This document shows, piece after piece, positions 8,599-19,843 of a DNA stretch of 64,000 bases (positions are counted from its first letter, which is position 1; every line of letters starts with the position of its first letter). The notes beneath the pieces were generated by a model. It was not told where the DNA came from. It made no database searches and worked only from the letters and a program-made list of their open reading frames with translations. This stretch comes from an uncultured Bacteroidales bacterium. GTDB taxonomy: Bacteria > Bacteroidota > Bacteroidia > Bacteroidales > GCA-2748055. The stretch lies in NCBI GenBank assembly GCA_963710385.1, contig CAVQAB010000018.1, positions 31,061-95,060 of the forward strand, in the 5' to 3' direction. The position numbers and the translations under genes are program-made.

Positions 8599-10355
8599 TC
8601 AGATTTTTGCTTTGAAACCTTCAGGGATAGCTCCTCCAGTTGTGCTTCGGCTATGGTGGATGGCGTATCGATCATCACATCACGTCCGGCATTGTTCTTG
8701 GGAAATGCAATCACATCCCTGATGGAATCGATACCGGCAAAGAGTGCTACCCACCTGTCAAACCCAAAGGCAATACCGCCATGTGGGGGAGCACCATACC
8801 TGAAAGCACTCATGAGGAATCCGAACTGTTTGCGGGCCTCCTCTTCAGTAAATCCCAGGTTATCAAACATCTGCTTTTGCATTCCCTCGTCATGGATCCT
8901 AATGGAGCCTCCACCGATCTCCACACCGTTGATTACCAAGTCGTAAGCCTGTGCCCTGACTTCGCCCGGGTCTGTCCTGAATAGCTCAAGGTCCTCTTTA
9001 TAGGGACTGGTGAAGGGGTGGTGCATGGCATGAAACCGCTTTGTCTCATCATCCCATTCCAGCAATGGAAAATCCACAACCCATAAAGGTTTGAAGGTAT
9101 TCGCATCGCGAAGTCCCAACCTATTTCCCATTTCAAGTCTAAGCTCACTCAATGCCTTCAGGGTCAGCTCACGCTCCCCCGCCAGGACCAGTATCAGATC
9201 GCCCGGTTTTGCGTTCATAAGTTCTACCCATTGCTTCAGGGCCATTTCGTCATAGAACTTGTCCACTGATGACTTCAGGCTACCGTCTTCATTGTACCTC
9301 ACATAAATCAGACCTTTCATGCCGATCTGAGGCCGCTTTACGAAGTCGGTCAATCCATCCAGCTGTTTCCGGCTATATTCTGCACAACCGGCTGCACAGA
9401 TTCCTCCAATGTATTCCGCCGAGTCAAATAGTTGAAATCCTTTTCCCTTGACCAGTTCCGTCATCTCACTGAGTTCCATTTTGAAACGGATATCGGGCTT
9501 GTCATTCCCGTAACGACTCATGGCTTCCTTGTAATCCATTTTTGGAAACTTCCCCTCGATCTCCACCCCCTTGATTGAACGGAACAGGTGCTTTGCCAGT
9601 CCTTCAAAGGCATCCAGTAAATCATCCCTATCCACAAAAGACATTTCACAATCGATCTGCGTGAACTCAGGTTGACGATCGGCCCTCAGGTCCTCATCCC
9701 TGAAACACTTCACGATCTGGAAATACTTATCAAATCCCGCCACCATCAATAGCTGCTTGAAGGTCTGTGGTGACTGTGGCAATGCATAGAATTCTCCTGG
9801 ATTCATTCTGGAGGGCACTACAAAATCTCTGGCTCCTTCAGGTGTTGATTTGATCAGTACCGGAGTCTCTACTTCCAGGAAACCCTCTTCACTCATATAT
9901 TTCCGGACCTCAATGGCCATCTTGTGACGCAATTGCAAATTCTTCCTTACCACGGTTCTCCTCAGGTCCAGGTAACGGTATTTCATCCGGAGGTCATCCC
10001 CCCCGTCGGTATTCTCTTCAATGGTAAAAGGAGGCACCTGGGACTTATTCAATATCTCCAGTTCTGTCACCATGATCTCGATTTCACCGGTGGCCATCTG
10101 GGAATTCTTATTGCTCCGTTCAGCCACTTTTCCTTCGGCTCTGACCACAAACTCACGACCAAGTTTCCGGGCTTTACCGCAGAGTTCGGAATTGGTCTCC
10201 ATATTGAACACCAACTGAGTAAGGCCATATCTGTCACGCAAATCCACAAAAGTCATTCCTCCCAGATCCCTGGATTTCTGCACCCAGCCTGAAAGGACCA
10301 CTTCCTCTCCAATATTTGCCATGTTTAGCTGGCCGCAATTGTGTGTCCTGTACAT
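8595..10355 (-). CDS. aspS: Aspartate--tRNA ligase
   Basis: [40 protein letters not shown]. Confidence 0.98.
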   Translation of the reverse strand: MYRTHNCGQLNMANIGEEVVLSGWVQKSRDLGGMTFVDLRDRYGLTQLVFNMETNSELCGKARKLGREFVVRAEGKVAERSNKNSQMATGEIEIMVTELEILNKSQVPPFTIEENTDGGDDLRMKYRYLDLRRTVVRKNLQLRHKMAIEVRKYMSEEGFLEVETPVLIKSTPEGARDFVVPSRMNPGEFYALPQSPQTFKQLLMVAGFDKYFQIVKCFRDEDLRADRQPEFTQIDCEMSFVDRDDLLDAFEGLAKHLFRSIKGVEIEGKFPKMDYKEAMSRYGNDKPDIRFKMELSEMTELVKGKGFQLFDSAEYIGGICAAGCAEYSRKQLDGLTDFVKRPQIGMKGLIYVRYNEDGSLKSSVDKFYDEMALKQWVELMNAKPGDLILVLAGERELTLKALSELRLEMGNRLGLRDANTFKPLWVVDFPLLEWDDETKRFHAMHHPFTSPYKEDLELFRTDPGEVRAQAYDLVINGVEIGGGSIRIHDEGMQKQMFDNLGFTEEEARKQFGFLMSAFRYGAPPHGGIAFGFDRWVALFAGIDSIRDVIAFPKNNAGRDVMIDTPSTIAEAQLEELSLKVSKQKSD

Positions 10356-10463
10356 CTTTTTCGATTTTTATATAAGAAGCCCCGGGGATTCTTATTTTTG
10401 TAGTTAAATGTGACACAAATTTAGTAACTTTTAGAGAGGAAGAGTAAAGAAAATTAAGGGAGA

Positions 10464-10922
10464 ATGACATATCCGGTATTATCAGAAGAGTATTTTATGA
10501 ATGAAGCACTCAAGGAGGCGCAAAAGGCATTTGAAATTGAAGAGGTGCCGGTGGGAGCTGTCATTGTAAATCAAAACCGCATTATAGCCCGGGCCCATAA
10601 CATGACACAACAACTTAATGATGTAACCGCACATGCCGAGATGATCGCCATCACTTCTGCTTCTAATTTTCTTGGGGCAAAATATCTGATCGATTGTACA
10701 CTCTACGTCACACTGGAACCTTGTGTTATGTGTGCTGCTGCCCTCAAATGGGCACAGTTGACCCGGATCGTATATGGGGCATCAGATCCCCGGGAAGGTT
10801 TTTCAGTTAGAAAAGAACCGTTGTTGCATAAAAGAACCGAAGTGGTACCAGGAATTCTTGAAGGTCCCTCCTCCACCCTCCTTAAACAGTTTTTTCTTCA
10901 CAGGAGGGATCATCAGAATTAA
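10464..10922 (+). CDS. tadA: tRNA adenosine deaminase
   Basis: EVPVGAV, HAE and EPCVMC zinc motifs. Confidence 0.9.
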   Translation: MTYPVLSEEYFMNEALKEAQKAFEIEEVPVGAVIVNQNRIIARAHNMTQQLNDVTAHAEMIAITSASNFLGAKYLIDCTLYVTLEPCVMCAAALKWAQLTRIVYGASDPREGFSVRKEPLLHKRTEVVPGILEGPSSTLLKQFFLHRRDHQN

Positions 10923-10927
10923 GAATC

Positions 10928-12160
10928 TTACATTTCAGCGATCTTAAATCCGGCCTTAGTGAGATCCGTCCAGTATCCCGGATAGGATTTAGTAACAACC
11001 ATGGGATCCTCAATTATAATGTGGCCCAGAGGTATGGCCAGCGGTGCAAAAGCCATGGCCATACGATGATCATGATAGGTTTGGAAAACAGGATCGGAGG
11101 CTACCTCAAATCGGGTTCCGTCCCAGGATATCCACTGGCCACCCACATCGCTATCAACTTTATAGCCCACCTTTTGCAATTCTGCCTGGAGGGCTGCAAT
11201 GCGGTCGGTCTCCTTCACCCTCAGTGTTCTTGTTCCTGTGAACCTGAAAGGCACTCCCAGAACACACAATGTGACGGCACAGGTCTGTACCAGATCGGGG
11301 CAGCCTGTGAAGTCATGTACCATGATACCAGGTATTTCACATTGGTCAGAGTGTAATTCAACTCCCTCCCGGCTGAATAGGGTATTTACTCCCAAAGATT
11401 TAAATAGTTGAGGCAATATTGCATCTCCCTGCAAGCTAGCCCTGGCCAGGTTTGGTAATTCGATTCGGGATCCGGGAAAAAAGGCTGCCACCTGATACCA
11501 ATAAGATGCCCCACTCCAGTCTGCCTCCACCTTAAACCTCTTGATGGCGTATGATTTTTGCGGAACAATGATCTGTCGACCATCAAAAGTAACTTTTACA
11601 CCACATCGTTTCATCAGGTTCATGGACATCCTGATGTAGGTAGCTGAAACTACTTCACCGGTCAGACGAATTTTAAGCCCTCCTTCCAGGACCGGTCCCA
11701 CCATCATCAGGGCACTGATAAATTGACTGCTGATGCCTCCATCTATTTCAATTGATCCCCCAATCCTCTTACCACCAGCAATCTTTAAGGGAGGACACCC
11801 CTCCTTCTCCAGGTATTCAATTGAGGTTCCCAACTGTCGGAGTGCCGAAACAAGCGGACCGATGGGACGCTGCTTCATCCGGTCGGATCCGGTCAGAATG
11901 ACCTCTCCATGGCGTGTGGCATAATAGGCAGTCAGAAAACGCATGGCAGTACCTGCATGACCCACATCCTTGACAGTGGAACTTCTATCCAGGGCCTTTC
12001 TAAGTACATTGCTGTCATCACTGTCAGAAAGGTTATCCAACTGTACACGGGATTCGGCCAAGGCGCGGATGATCAGCATCCGGTTTGATATGCTCTTTGA
12101 CGATGGAATATATATTGTATCTTCGATGGGCTTTGCAGGTCCGGAGATGACATATTTCAT
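10928..12160 (-). CDS. aroA: EPSP synthase
   Basis: SKSISNR, AGTAMRF, SSQFISAL, KETDRI, DHRMAM; start moved to ATG 12160 just downstream of a TATCTTTG promoter element. Confidence 0.95.
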   Translation of the reverse strand: MKYVISGPAKPIEDTIYIPSSKSISNRMLIIRALAESRVQLDNLSDSDDSNVLRKALDRSSTVKDVGHAGTAMRFLTAYYATRHGEVILTGSDRMKQRPIGPLVSALRQLGTSIEYLEKEGCPPLKIAGGKRIGGSIEIDGGISSQFISALMMVGPVLEGGLKIRLTGEVVSATYIRMSMNLMKRCGVKVTFDGRQIIVPQKSYAIKRFKVEADWSGASYWYQVAAFFPGSRIELPNLARASLQGDAILPQLFKSLGVNTLFSREGVELHSDQCEIPGIMVHDFTGCPDLVQTCAVTLCVLGVPFRFTGTRTLRVKETDRIAALQAELQKVGYKVDSDVGGQWISWDGTRFEVASDPVFQTYHDHRMAMAFAPLAIPLGHIIIEDPMVVTKSYPGYWTDLTKAGFKIAEM

Positions 12161-12164
12161 GGTA

Positions 12165-12172
12165 CAAAGATA
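12165..12172 (-). promoter_or_regulatory. Bacteroidota -7 promoter element TATCTTTG for aroA
   Basis: Matches TAnnTTTG, 4 nt before the ATG. Confidence 0.6.
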
Positions 12173-12222
12173 ATAAATAGCATATATTGGTCCCCTAATC
12201 TGCAAGTAACGATTTGTAAACC

Positions 12223-13401
12223 ATGATGAAGATTGATTTTGAAGATACCAGGACGGCTTTTATCATTAAGTCCGACAGGGACCTTCGCCGGGCCTATGCA
12301 TTGTTTAAACTAATCTCCTATCCCATTCTCGTAAAGATCGGAAATCCGGTAATCCGGTTCTGTTCAGCCCTGAAGATCCCCATTGGGTGGATTGTTAAAC
12401 CCACTGCATTTAAGCATTTTGTGGGTGGAGAAACACTTGAGGCATGTGAACCGGCAGTGAAAAAGCTCAAGTCTGCAAATGTCTTTTCAATTCTTGACTA
12501 TTCTGTGGAAGGGAAAGACAGTGATAAAGCCATTGAAGCCGCCCTTCAGGAAACCTTAAGGGCTGTAGAAAATGCCGGTGACAATCCCAATATCCCATTT
12601 GCCGTTTTCAAACCAACTGCCTTTGGTAACAACAGAGCTCTTGAAATCCTCAGTGGAGCTTCAGTTCCTGACAAGACAGTGATTGAGGAAGGAGAGAAAT
12701 TCCGAAACAGAATTGAGCGGCTATGCAAAACTGCATTTGACCACGATGTTCCCATCATGGTCGATGCCGAGGATACATTTTATCAGAACTTCATCGACCA
12801 GGTGGTCATGGATATGATGCATAAATACAATTATAAAAGAGCCATTGTATTCAATACCTACCAGATGTATCGTCATGACCGCATCGGAGTTCTGGAGGCT
12901 GACATTCAGACCGCCCGCGATGAACATTTCTTTCTGGGAGCCAAATTTGTTCGTGGTGCTTACATGGAACGGGAAAGGGACAGGGCGCGCCGACTCAGGT
13001 ATGAAGATCCCATTCAGCCCGACCGGGAGAGTACCGACAGGGACTATAACCTGGCACTGAAAATATCCATTGATAATATCGATGTTGTCTCTATCTTTAA
13101 TGGCACCCATAATGAGTACAGCAGCATGTATCTGACAGAATTGATGAATGACCGAAAAATTAAATCCAACGATAACCGGATCTGGTTTTCACAGCTATAT
13201 GGAATGAGTGAACATATCAGTTTCAACCTGGCTGCCGCCGGCTTCAATGTGGCCAAATATGTTCCCTATGGACCGGTACGATATGTCCTTCCCTACCTCA
13301 TGCGCCGGGTTGAAGAAAATACTTCGGTAAAAGGTCAGACCGGAAGGGAGCTCTCACTCATTAAAAAAGAAAGACAAAGAAGAAAACGCCATGAAAGTTG
13401 A
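12223..13401 (+). CDS. Monofunctional proline dehydrogenase
   Basis: FVGGETL, VDAED, KFVRGAYME, GTHN, QLYGM, KYVPYGP, YLMRR. Confidence 0.92.
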   Translation: MMKIDFEDTRTAFIIKSDRDLRRAYALFKLISYPILVKIGNPVIRFCSALKIPIGWIVKPTAFKHFVGGETLEACEPAVKKLKSANVFSILDYSVEGKDSDKAIEAALQETLRAVENAGDNPNIPFAVFKPTAFGNNRALEILSGASVPDKTVIEEGEKFRNRIERLCKTAFDHDVPIMVDAEDTFYQNFIDQVVMDMMHKYNYKRAIVFNTYQMYRHDRIGVLEADIQTARDEHFFLGAKFVRGAYMERERDRARRLRYEDPIQPDRESTDRDYNLALKISIDNIDVVSIFNGTHNEYSSMYLTELMNDRKIKSNDNRIWFSQLYGMSEHISFNLAAAGFNVAKYVPYGPVRYVLPYLMRRVEENTSVKGQTGRELSLIKKERQRRKRHES

Positions 13402-13870
13402 CAACAAACGTAACACTTATCGCATTTGGCTCAGCAGATTGGTGATCACCATCGTATTTACTTTGGCGATCCTGCTGATCCTCTTCCTGCCCTGGCTTGA
13501 TAATCCCGATTCAGGGTTGTCCAAGTATCACGCCATCATCCTGATTTCAGTGGTATACATTTTCATCAATCTTTATAACTACCTCAAACGCCCATACTTT
13601 GTCTCGTACGATGATGCAGGAGAGATGGTCATTATGCGCTATTATTCTCTAAGCTTGTTTAACAGTCAAAAGCACTCCATAGAGATACCGAAAAAACAAT
13701 TGATCAAGTTTGAACTTGAGGCCTTTCTCCTGGGTAGTCAGCAAAGAATCATCCTCTTCCAGCATTTTCGTTCCAAGGTGGCTAAATATCCACCCATCAG
13801 TCTTTCTGCCGTTGATAAAGAGGACCAGCAAAGGATTATTCAGTCCCTCAGCAAATACATCAAATCATAG
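13391..13870 (+). CDS. Hypothetical membrane protein (2 TM)
   Basis: 159 aa ORF overlapping the proline dehydrogenase stop; two hydrophobic helices. Confidence 0.7.
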   Translation: MKVDNKRNTYRIWLSRLVITIVFTLAILLILFLPWLDNPDSGLSKYHAIILISVVYIFINLYNYLKRPYFVSYDDAGEMVIMRYYSLSLFNSQKHSIEIPKKQLIKFELEAFLLGSQQRIILFQHFRSKVAKYPPISLSAVDKEDQQRIIQSLSKYIKS

Positions 13871-13890
13871 ATTTGTAGCTGTGATGTTGA

Positions 13891-14088
13891 TCAGGGAATG
13901 AACTTCACAATTTTATTCTCGATCATATCCTGAAGTTGATCCAGCAGAGCCTGTTCATGTCGATCAATATGACTATCCTCCGTTGCAATGGCAAGGATGG
14001 AATCCATTTCGTCTCGTGTGATGGAGTGATCCTCAATGGCTTTCTCAATCATCACTTTGAGCCGTTTGGCGCTTTCGCTTAATGGCAT
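13891..14088 (-). CDS. Small helical hypothetical protein
   Basis: IEKAIEDHSITRDEMDSILAIATEDSHIDRHEQALL: two D-x-x-I-[TD]-x-x-E units, TerB/EF-hand-like. Confidence 0.6.
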   Translation of the reverse strand: MPLSESAKRLKVMIEKAIEDHSITRDEMDSILAIATEDSHIDRHEQALLDQLQDMIENKIVKFIP

Positions 14089-14182
14089 AATTTTAGTTTC
14101 GATTTGATTCAATTATAAATTTACGCAGGAATATGTGGTTTTCCTAGACTAATGGTGAGAAACTCCTCTTCCTCCCGGGGAT

Positions 14183-15913
14183 TCACTTCACATTAAAACC
14201 ATTCAAACCATGAACAATGCTTCCATCGGACGAGACGCCTCTGAAAAGGATAAGGTAGTTACCGGGAAGCGATGAAGCCTGAAAAGTGACCCTGGAGGGT
14301 CGATCCTTAAACAGCTCCATATGATCCGTCCAGAATAAAGTATTTCGCATATCCGGAATCTTTCCCGAACCCGAATACCTTGCTTGCTGGGAGATCCATG
14401 AAGTTTGAAAGAATGCATAATCAAAAAAGTAGGATCCTTGGGGCAAGGTGATACCTGCCAAATCTCCCTTCTGACTGGTAAAGCTTATAATACCACCATA
14501 TTTCACCTCCCCCCTTATATAGACCTCTGGAATCACATCCACACGTTGAATCCTTGAAGGAGGAATGGCCATGAGGAGATCCATATCAAAAACAGGAATG
14601 TGATCGATCAATATGAGCGGAGGGAATAAAGAGATCATGGGATTTTCACTTTTTATCATGAAAGTTACCCTACCACCCCTTCGCATCACAAAGGTCTTTG
14701 GAATCAGGTTTTCAATAACCTCTTCCAGGCTCGGCAGATTTATAAATTCATCCATTTCCACTGAAATCTCAGGTATTCCATAAAAGGGAATGTGGGCAAT
14801 CCCTTTTGGCAAGAATGTACTGTCAATACCCGACTCCACCAGGAAAGCTCTTTGCAACTGCATTTGAAGAGACAATCTTGATGCAATAAGCAGTTCATCA
14901 CTCAGAAGGTTAAACGCACCTGGTTGAAAGGGCAATGGATCTGATGCAAAATCATTGTCAATGCGAACCTCAACGGGATTTCCAGGTTGAAACTCAGGAA
15001 CCACAAACATTTCCTGGTTTCCAAATCTTGGAGGTGTGTTTATGAGAAATCTTCCATCCTGATCAGAATTTGTAACGAAATAATCGGGATCCTCGCCTAA
15101 TATGGAAAAATGAATGGGGATATCAGGGGCTGGCTTCCCATTGTTTTGTTCAAACACAGCACCGGAAATAGAAGTCCCATCCATTTCCGGAAGAAAATTA
15201 AATCCAAATTGCGCCGGACTTTCCGCTTCTTTTCCCACCAGATAATGAAATACAGAAGTATCAACGGTACCTGAAGGTACAACCGTCACACAAGCATTCT
15301 GAAAGTTGAAGACGGCTCCTTCGGTCAGAGAGAATTCTACCTCTACCATTTCACCTGTACCATATGAATTTCGGGTGGGAGTAATAGTTACACCCTTTAT
15401 ACCTTTTTGCCCGGGGATCAGATTGTTTTTTCCCGGTTCCGTATTGATCACCTCCACATCAGTTGAGAACGGATTCACCACCCGGATTGGAATGTAAGCG
15501 AAATCCTGGGGACCGAAATTTCTCATCCAGCGGGTATAGCATCTCAAATAGTAAATTCCTGAAGATATGGCAGATGGGATAGATAAGTTTCCATCAGCCC
15601 GGTGCTCTGTGATCATGTATTTTCCCTGGGCAACCGCTTCTCCGTTCGGGTTTACCAATTCTCCATACAATACACTACTGCCTAATCCATGGTAAGGATC
15701 CGTTCCTGATTGCAACAGGGCTGAAAATTGGATTTTTTCATTGACTGCATATAAATCCCGATCAGTAAACACAACCAGGTTTTCAGGGTACCTCTTTGCT
15801 ATCCCCATATAAGCAGAATCGTAACTTGACTGAGTATGCCCCACATTGATCACACTACTGAATGATAAGATCAGTAACTGTAAAATATATCTGTTTTTCC
15901 ATTTCATTTCCAA
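14183..15913 (-). CDS. Secreted protein with MG2-like N-terminus and TonB plug-like domain, no barrel
   Basis: Signal peptide; FTDRDLY...GIYYLRCYTRWMRNF; PLILIDHIPV...IQRVDV...GGIISF; PDMRNTLFW. Confidence 0.75.
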   Translation of the reverse strand: MEMKWKNRYILQLLILSFSSVINVGHTQSSYDSAYMGIAKRYPENLVVFTDRDLYAVNEKIQFSALLQSGTDPYHGLGSSVLYGELVNPNGEAVAQGKYMITEHRADGNLSIPSAISSGIYYLRCYTRWMRNFGPQDFAYIPIRVVNPFSTDVEVINTEPGKNNLIPGQKGIKGVTITPTRNSYGTGEMVEVEFSLTEGAVFNFQNACVTVVPSGTVDTSVFHYLVGKEAESPAQFGFNFLPEMDGTSISGAVFEQNNGKPAPDIPIHFSILGEDPDYFVTNSDQDGRFLINTPPRFGNQEMFVVPEFQPGNPVEVRIDNDFASDPLPFQPGAFNLLSDELLIASRLSLQMQLQRAFLVESGIDSTFLPKGIAHIPFYGIPEISVEMDEFINLPSLEEVIENLIPKTFVMRRGGRVTFMIKSENPMISLFPPLILIDHIPVFDMDLLMAIPPSRIQRVDVIPEVYIRGEVKYGGIISFTSQKGDLAGITLPQGSYFFDYAFFQTSWISQQARYSGSGKIPDMRNTLFWTDHMELFKDRPSRVTFQASSLPGNYLILFRGVSSDGSIVHGLNGFNVK

Positions 15914-17064
15914 TCGTCCCAGTTATCTGGTTTTGTAGTCACTCCCCCCCTATACCTGCAATCGTGACACTCCCTTAGTGAATAGGCATAGGGAGGGCCC
16001 ATACCGAAGGGGGACAGGGAAAACATCATGTAGAGGTATCCAGTACCCAACTCACCCAACCCGATGGCCGTATCAAGCGGGCAAGAAAAATCTGGTATTG
16101 GAAATTCAAGCTGCTCAGTAATAGTGATCCGCTTTTCTGTAACCTGGGTTGCAAAAAAATACCCCAGTACTTTCTCTTCCGGTTTGTTTACGTTGTAAAT
16201 ATTTCCCCTGGTTTCAGAGGGCTGGGTTTCAAAAAGTCCGAATCTGTCTCCTGTCTGTTTCCTCAGCCCGTCCCAGAAAAGGAATGCCCTGTCAGACAGT
16301 GAGTGCTGGCGGACTAAAAGACTGTACTTTTCCCTGAGCCTGGGTGTCCTGTTTGAAACAAAATTCAACGGTTGTTGATTGATCTCATTTGTTGCCAGAA
16401 GATTGGATGAACCCACCTGAAATTCTTCCAGGTTACTTGTTAAATAGCAGGTCTTATATTCATGCAGTTGCGGCGTATAATCATGTAATACAAAACCATC
16501 CCAAATATATTGTATGGGATAGGTAGTCCGGTATACCCAGCTCTCTTCTAAAGTCCAGAGGTAATTCCTGGATTCCTCAGGAGTGCCTGTCATATCTGCA
16601 TAGAACCTGATTCCGTAATGATTGATAGCTGGATCAGAGGTGCCCTGGATTTCCACTTTATAACTCAAATTGTCAATGGGAGCGCAGGCCAGGAGGAAAT
16701 CATAATCAGATTCATACGCCTGGCCGTCTGGAGTAAAAACCAGTAGTTTATAGGCCTTACCTACTTCCATAAAACCTGGTTCCAGATCAGTCTGGTATGT
16801 TCCACTCCCCTTTTCATTGTAAGTGACGCCGTTTCCTGAGTCATCCTCCACACGTACAATACAACCTGTAACTGGCAGGTATTGAGCATTCGTATAGGGA
16901 GAAGATCTCGAAACGGTTACAGAATGGACTCCAGGAATATCAGTGATCTTACCTTCGATGACCAGGACACCAAAAGACTCCCGGATATCAGGCTCGAAAG
17001 TTTCTATGCAGCTCCAACAGCCAACCAACAACAATATGGTTACGATCCAGTTATTCAGTCGCAT
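15904..17064 (-). CDS. DUF4249 family lipoprotein
   Basis: Lipobox-like WSC, LVIEGKIT, GNIYN...EKVLGYF, C-terminal CHDCRYRGG..KP..W. Confidence 0.85.
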   Translation of the reverse strand: MRLNNWIVTILLLVGCWSCIETFEPDIRESFGVLVIEGKITDIPGVHSVTVSRSSPYTNAQYLPVTGCIVRVEDDSGNGVTYNEKGSGTYQTDLEPGFMEVGKAYKLLVFTPDGQAYESDYDFLLACAPIDNLSYKVEIQGTSDPAINHYGIRFYADMTGTPEESRNYLWTLEESWVYRTTYPIQYIWDGFVLHDYTPQLHEYKTCYLTSNLEEFQVGSSNLLATNEINQQPLNFVSNRTPRLREKYSLLVRQHSLSDRAFLFWDGLRKQTGDRFGLFETQPSETRGNIYNVNKPEEKVLGYFFATQVTEKRITITEQLEFPIPDFSCPLDTAIGLGELGTGYLYMMFSLSPFGMGPPYAYSLRECHDCRYRGGVTTKPDNWDDWK

Positions 17065-19843
17065 AATTTCCAAACTTAAAATTCCACGAAAGGGTAATCA
17101 CCGGACGCCCAAATATTGATAGTTTATAACCATTAATACTTCCCGACTCTCTCCTGAAATAAACTGAATAGGCATTGTTTCTACCCGTAAGATTGTAGAT
17201 GCTTAGCATCCAGAAACTGTGTGCCAGTTTTTGCTTCTTAAGGTTTCCTTCCAGATTGACCGAGAGGTCCATTCTGAAATAATCGGGTATCCGGTATTGG
17301 TTTCGCTCTGAATAATCAAGAAACTCCTTCCCATCCTGGAAAAAAATAGAAATCGGATATGTGGTGGGACGGCCGGTAATATACTCCATGGTGGCCGAAA
17401 AACTTAAACGTCTGTTTGCTTTAAAAGTAGTAACCAGATTCAGGTTATTAGGGCGGTCATAATTGGAAGAATACCTAAGTCCGTTATTGATATTCTCTCC
17501 AGGTACCGGGCTGTTGAACAGCATCATTGATCTGGAATAACTATATGCCAGCCATCCACTTAACCTCCCGGTATTTTTCTTGAACATCAATTCCAGTCCA
17601 TAGGCATCCTGGTTGCCCTGGACCACTTGTGTCTCTATATGGGGACTGGTGATAAAACTCGCCCCGTCTTTATATTCGACTACATTTGCCAACCGTTTAT
17701 AATATATCTCCACAGAGGTGCTCAAATCTGCACCTGGTATATCTTGATAAAATCCAAATGAAAGTTGATCAACAATCGGAGGGTTTATATGATAGTCACA
17801 AAGTTTCCATTGATCAGTTGGAGCAATGGCAATGGTATTGCTCAACATGAAGATATACTGTTGTACCCTGTTGTAAGAGACTTTTACAGAATTGTTCTGT
17901 CCAATCAGATAGGTCATGGATATCCTGGGTTCAGGTCCTGAGTAATGTTCAATTATTTCTCCAGCTGAAAAATGAAGTGTATCGGAAACCAGGCCCGCTC
18001 TTCGACCTGCTCCTTCAGGGTACACCAGGGTTTCAACAGGTCCAATATTCAAAAAGGCGCTATATCTGAATCCCAAGTAAACAGTAAGGCGTTGTGCAAG
18101 TAATATTTCGTCAGCCACATATCCTGCCAGTTCTACTCCCCTTTCACTTCCCAGATCAACTGGGAACCTGAGGCTATTTTCACCCAAAGGCTCTACAAGA
18201 CCCCTCAGAAGATCATAATATATCCCACTTGCTCCAAAGGTTACTTTATGCCTTCCCGACAAAAGCCAGGTATTATCTGCCTTTATCTCATAGTGACCAA
18301 TCCTGTAATCATGCGAATAACTTTCTGATTCCACCTCTTCATTCAGCGTACTGAAGGTATATTGCCCAAACACAAGCGCCAGATCTCCGGTTATTCTTGA
18401 GTTATACCTGTGCTTCAGGTTTATGGATCCTCCACCATTGGAATATGCATATTGATTTGTTGCTCCCAGTGTAAACGCATCCTTGCTATAATAGCCAAAA
18501 GCCTTCACCAGATTCTTCTCATCGGGTTCATAGGTTGCGGTTCCTGCCAGATCATAAAATGCTGCATTGCTGTTCCTCAGCTCTGGATCCTCCAGGCGGC
18601 CAAGGATCCAGTCAGAATAGGTGGACCTTGCACTAAGTACAAAGGCACTTTTATCTTTGATGATAGGACCTTCAACTGCTACATGGCCTGTTATGGGGCT
18701 AATGCCTCCCCTGACCGTATACTTGTTCATGTTCCCCTGGCGGGTTGAAATATCGAAAATTGATGATAACCTTCCCCCGTATCTTGCGGGCAGATTGCTT
18801 TTATAAAGTGAAAAATCCTTCACAATATCCGGACTGAATGAGGTGAAAAAGCCAAAAAGATGGGAACTGTTATACACCGGAACCTTGTTCACGTAAATCA
18901 TATTCTGATCTGCACTCCCTCCTCTTACGTTAAATCCTGAAGTACCTTCTCCAACAGTCTGCACACCTGGAAGCATTGCAGCCACCTTTAATAAATCCTT
19001 TTCTCCAAGTACAACCGGAACCTCTTTGATGGTTTTATAATTTAGCCTCTCAAATCCCATCTGACTGCCCCTGACATTGTTGAACCTGTCGGCCCTGATC
19101 ACCACCTCAGTTATGGGTATTAATCCCTTTGCCATTTGAACCACAATATTCCCGCTGGAATGTACATGCAGCTCATGTTGCTTTGGTACCATGCCCATGC
19201 AGTTAAATGATGCCCTGTGTTTTCCGGGACTTAATACCAGGTAAAATCGTCCATCCACGTCTGTAGCCGCTCCTTTTTTCAGGATCTCCACATAAATGGT
19301 GGCACCAATCAATGGTTCTCCAGTCTCACTGTCAATAATCTTCCCGTGAATAATGGCCTCCGTTTGCCCGATCCCGGATTGATCGTTACCGACAACCAGC
19401 GTTTCAGGCAAACCCAACTTGTGGCCCTCTATATACCTTTGTTCTGCACTGGTTATGCGCCCTCTTCTGTTAGCCACACTATCCATTGAAGTGGTGAATC
19501 CGGATTCGCCAAAATCAGGTAAAAATGGAATGAGAGGATATTCATAGGTCAGGTATATGTTTCCGAACTCATCCAGATAGTGATGGATCCCCACCGGAAG
19601 TAATGCATTGGTGAGGATCTTGTGAAGAGAAAGATCAGTGCCCTCTGCAGTAATTCTAACACCGGTCACCCATTCGTCGACATAATAAAATGTAGCTTCA
19701 GTTTGCAGTTCTACCGCTTTTACGAACTCAATAAAGGAGATGTCTCTATAGTCTCCCGAAACCAGAAGGTCCCGATCCTGTGCATCAACCTGGAATGAAC
19801 TGCACAACCACAGGAGTACAACTATATATAACCCTCTTCTCAT
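17051..19843 (-). CDS. TonB-dependent receptor with carboxypeptidase-regulatory-like domain
   Basis: ETGEPLIGATI, LPGV..GEGTSGFNVRGGSADQN, ARYGGRLSS, aromatic C-terminal strand. Confidence 0.92.
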   Translation of the reverse strand: MRRGLYIVVLLWLCSSFQVDAQDRDLLVSGDYRDISFIEFVKAVELQTEATFYYVDEWVTGVRITAEGTDLSLHKILTNALLPVGIHHYLDEFGNIYLTYEYPLIPFLPDFGESGFTTSMDSVANRRGRITSAEQRYIEGHKLGLPETLVVGNDQSGIGQTEAIIHGKIIDSETGEPLIGATIYVEILKKGAATDVDGRFYLVLSPGKHRASFNCMGMVPKQHELHVHSSGNIVVQMAKGLIPITEVVIRADRFNNVRGSQMGFERLNYKTIKEVPVVLGEKDLLKVAAMLPGVQTVGEGTSGFNVRGGSADQNMIYVNKVPVYNSSHLFGFFTSFSPDIVKDFSLYKSNLPARYGGRLSSIFDISTRQGNMNKYTVRGGISPITGHVAVEGPIIKDKSAFVLSARSTYSDWILGRLEDPELRNSNAAFYDLAGTATYEPDEKNLVKAFGYYSKDAFTLGATNQYAYSNGGGSINLKHRYNSRITGDLALVFGQYTFSTLNEEVESESYSHDYRIGHYEIKADNTWLLSGRHKVTFGASGIYYDLLRGLVEPLGENSLRFPVDLGSERGVELAGYVADEILLAQRLTVYLGFRYSAFLNIGPVETLVYPEGAGRRAGLVSDTLHFSAGEIIEHYSGPEPRISMTYLIGQNNSVKVSYNRVQQYIFMLSNTIAIAPTDQWKLCDYHINPPIVDQLSFGFYQDIPGADLSTSVEIYYKRLANVVEYKDGASFITSPHIETQVVQGNQDAYGLELMFKKNTGRLSGWLAYSYSRSMMLFNSPVPGENINNGLRYSSNYDRPNNLNLVTTFKANRRLSFSATMEYITGRPTTYPISIFFQDGKEFLDYSERNQYRIPDYFRMDLSVNLEGNLKKQKLAHSFWMLSIYNLTGRNNAYSVYFRRESGSINGYKLSIFGRPVITLSWNFKFGNYATE

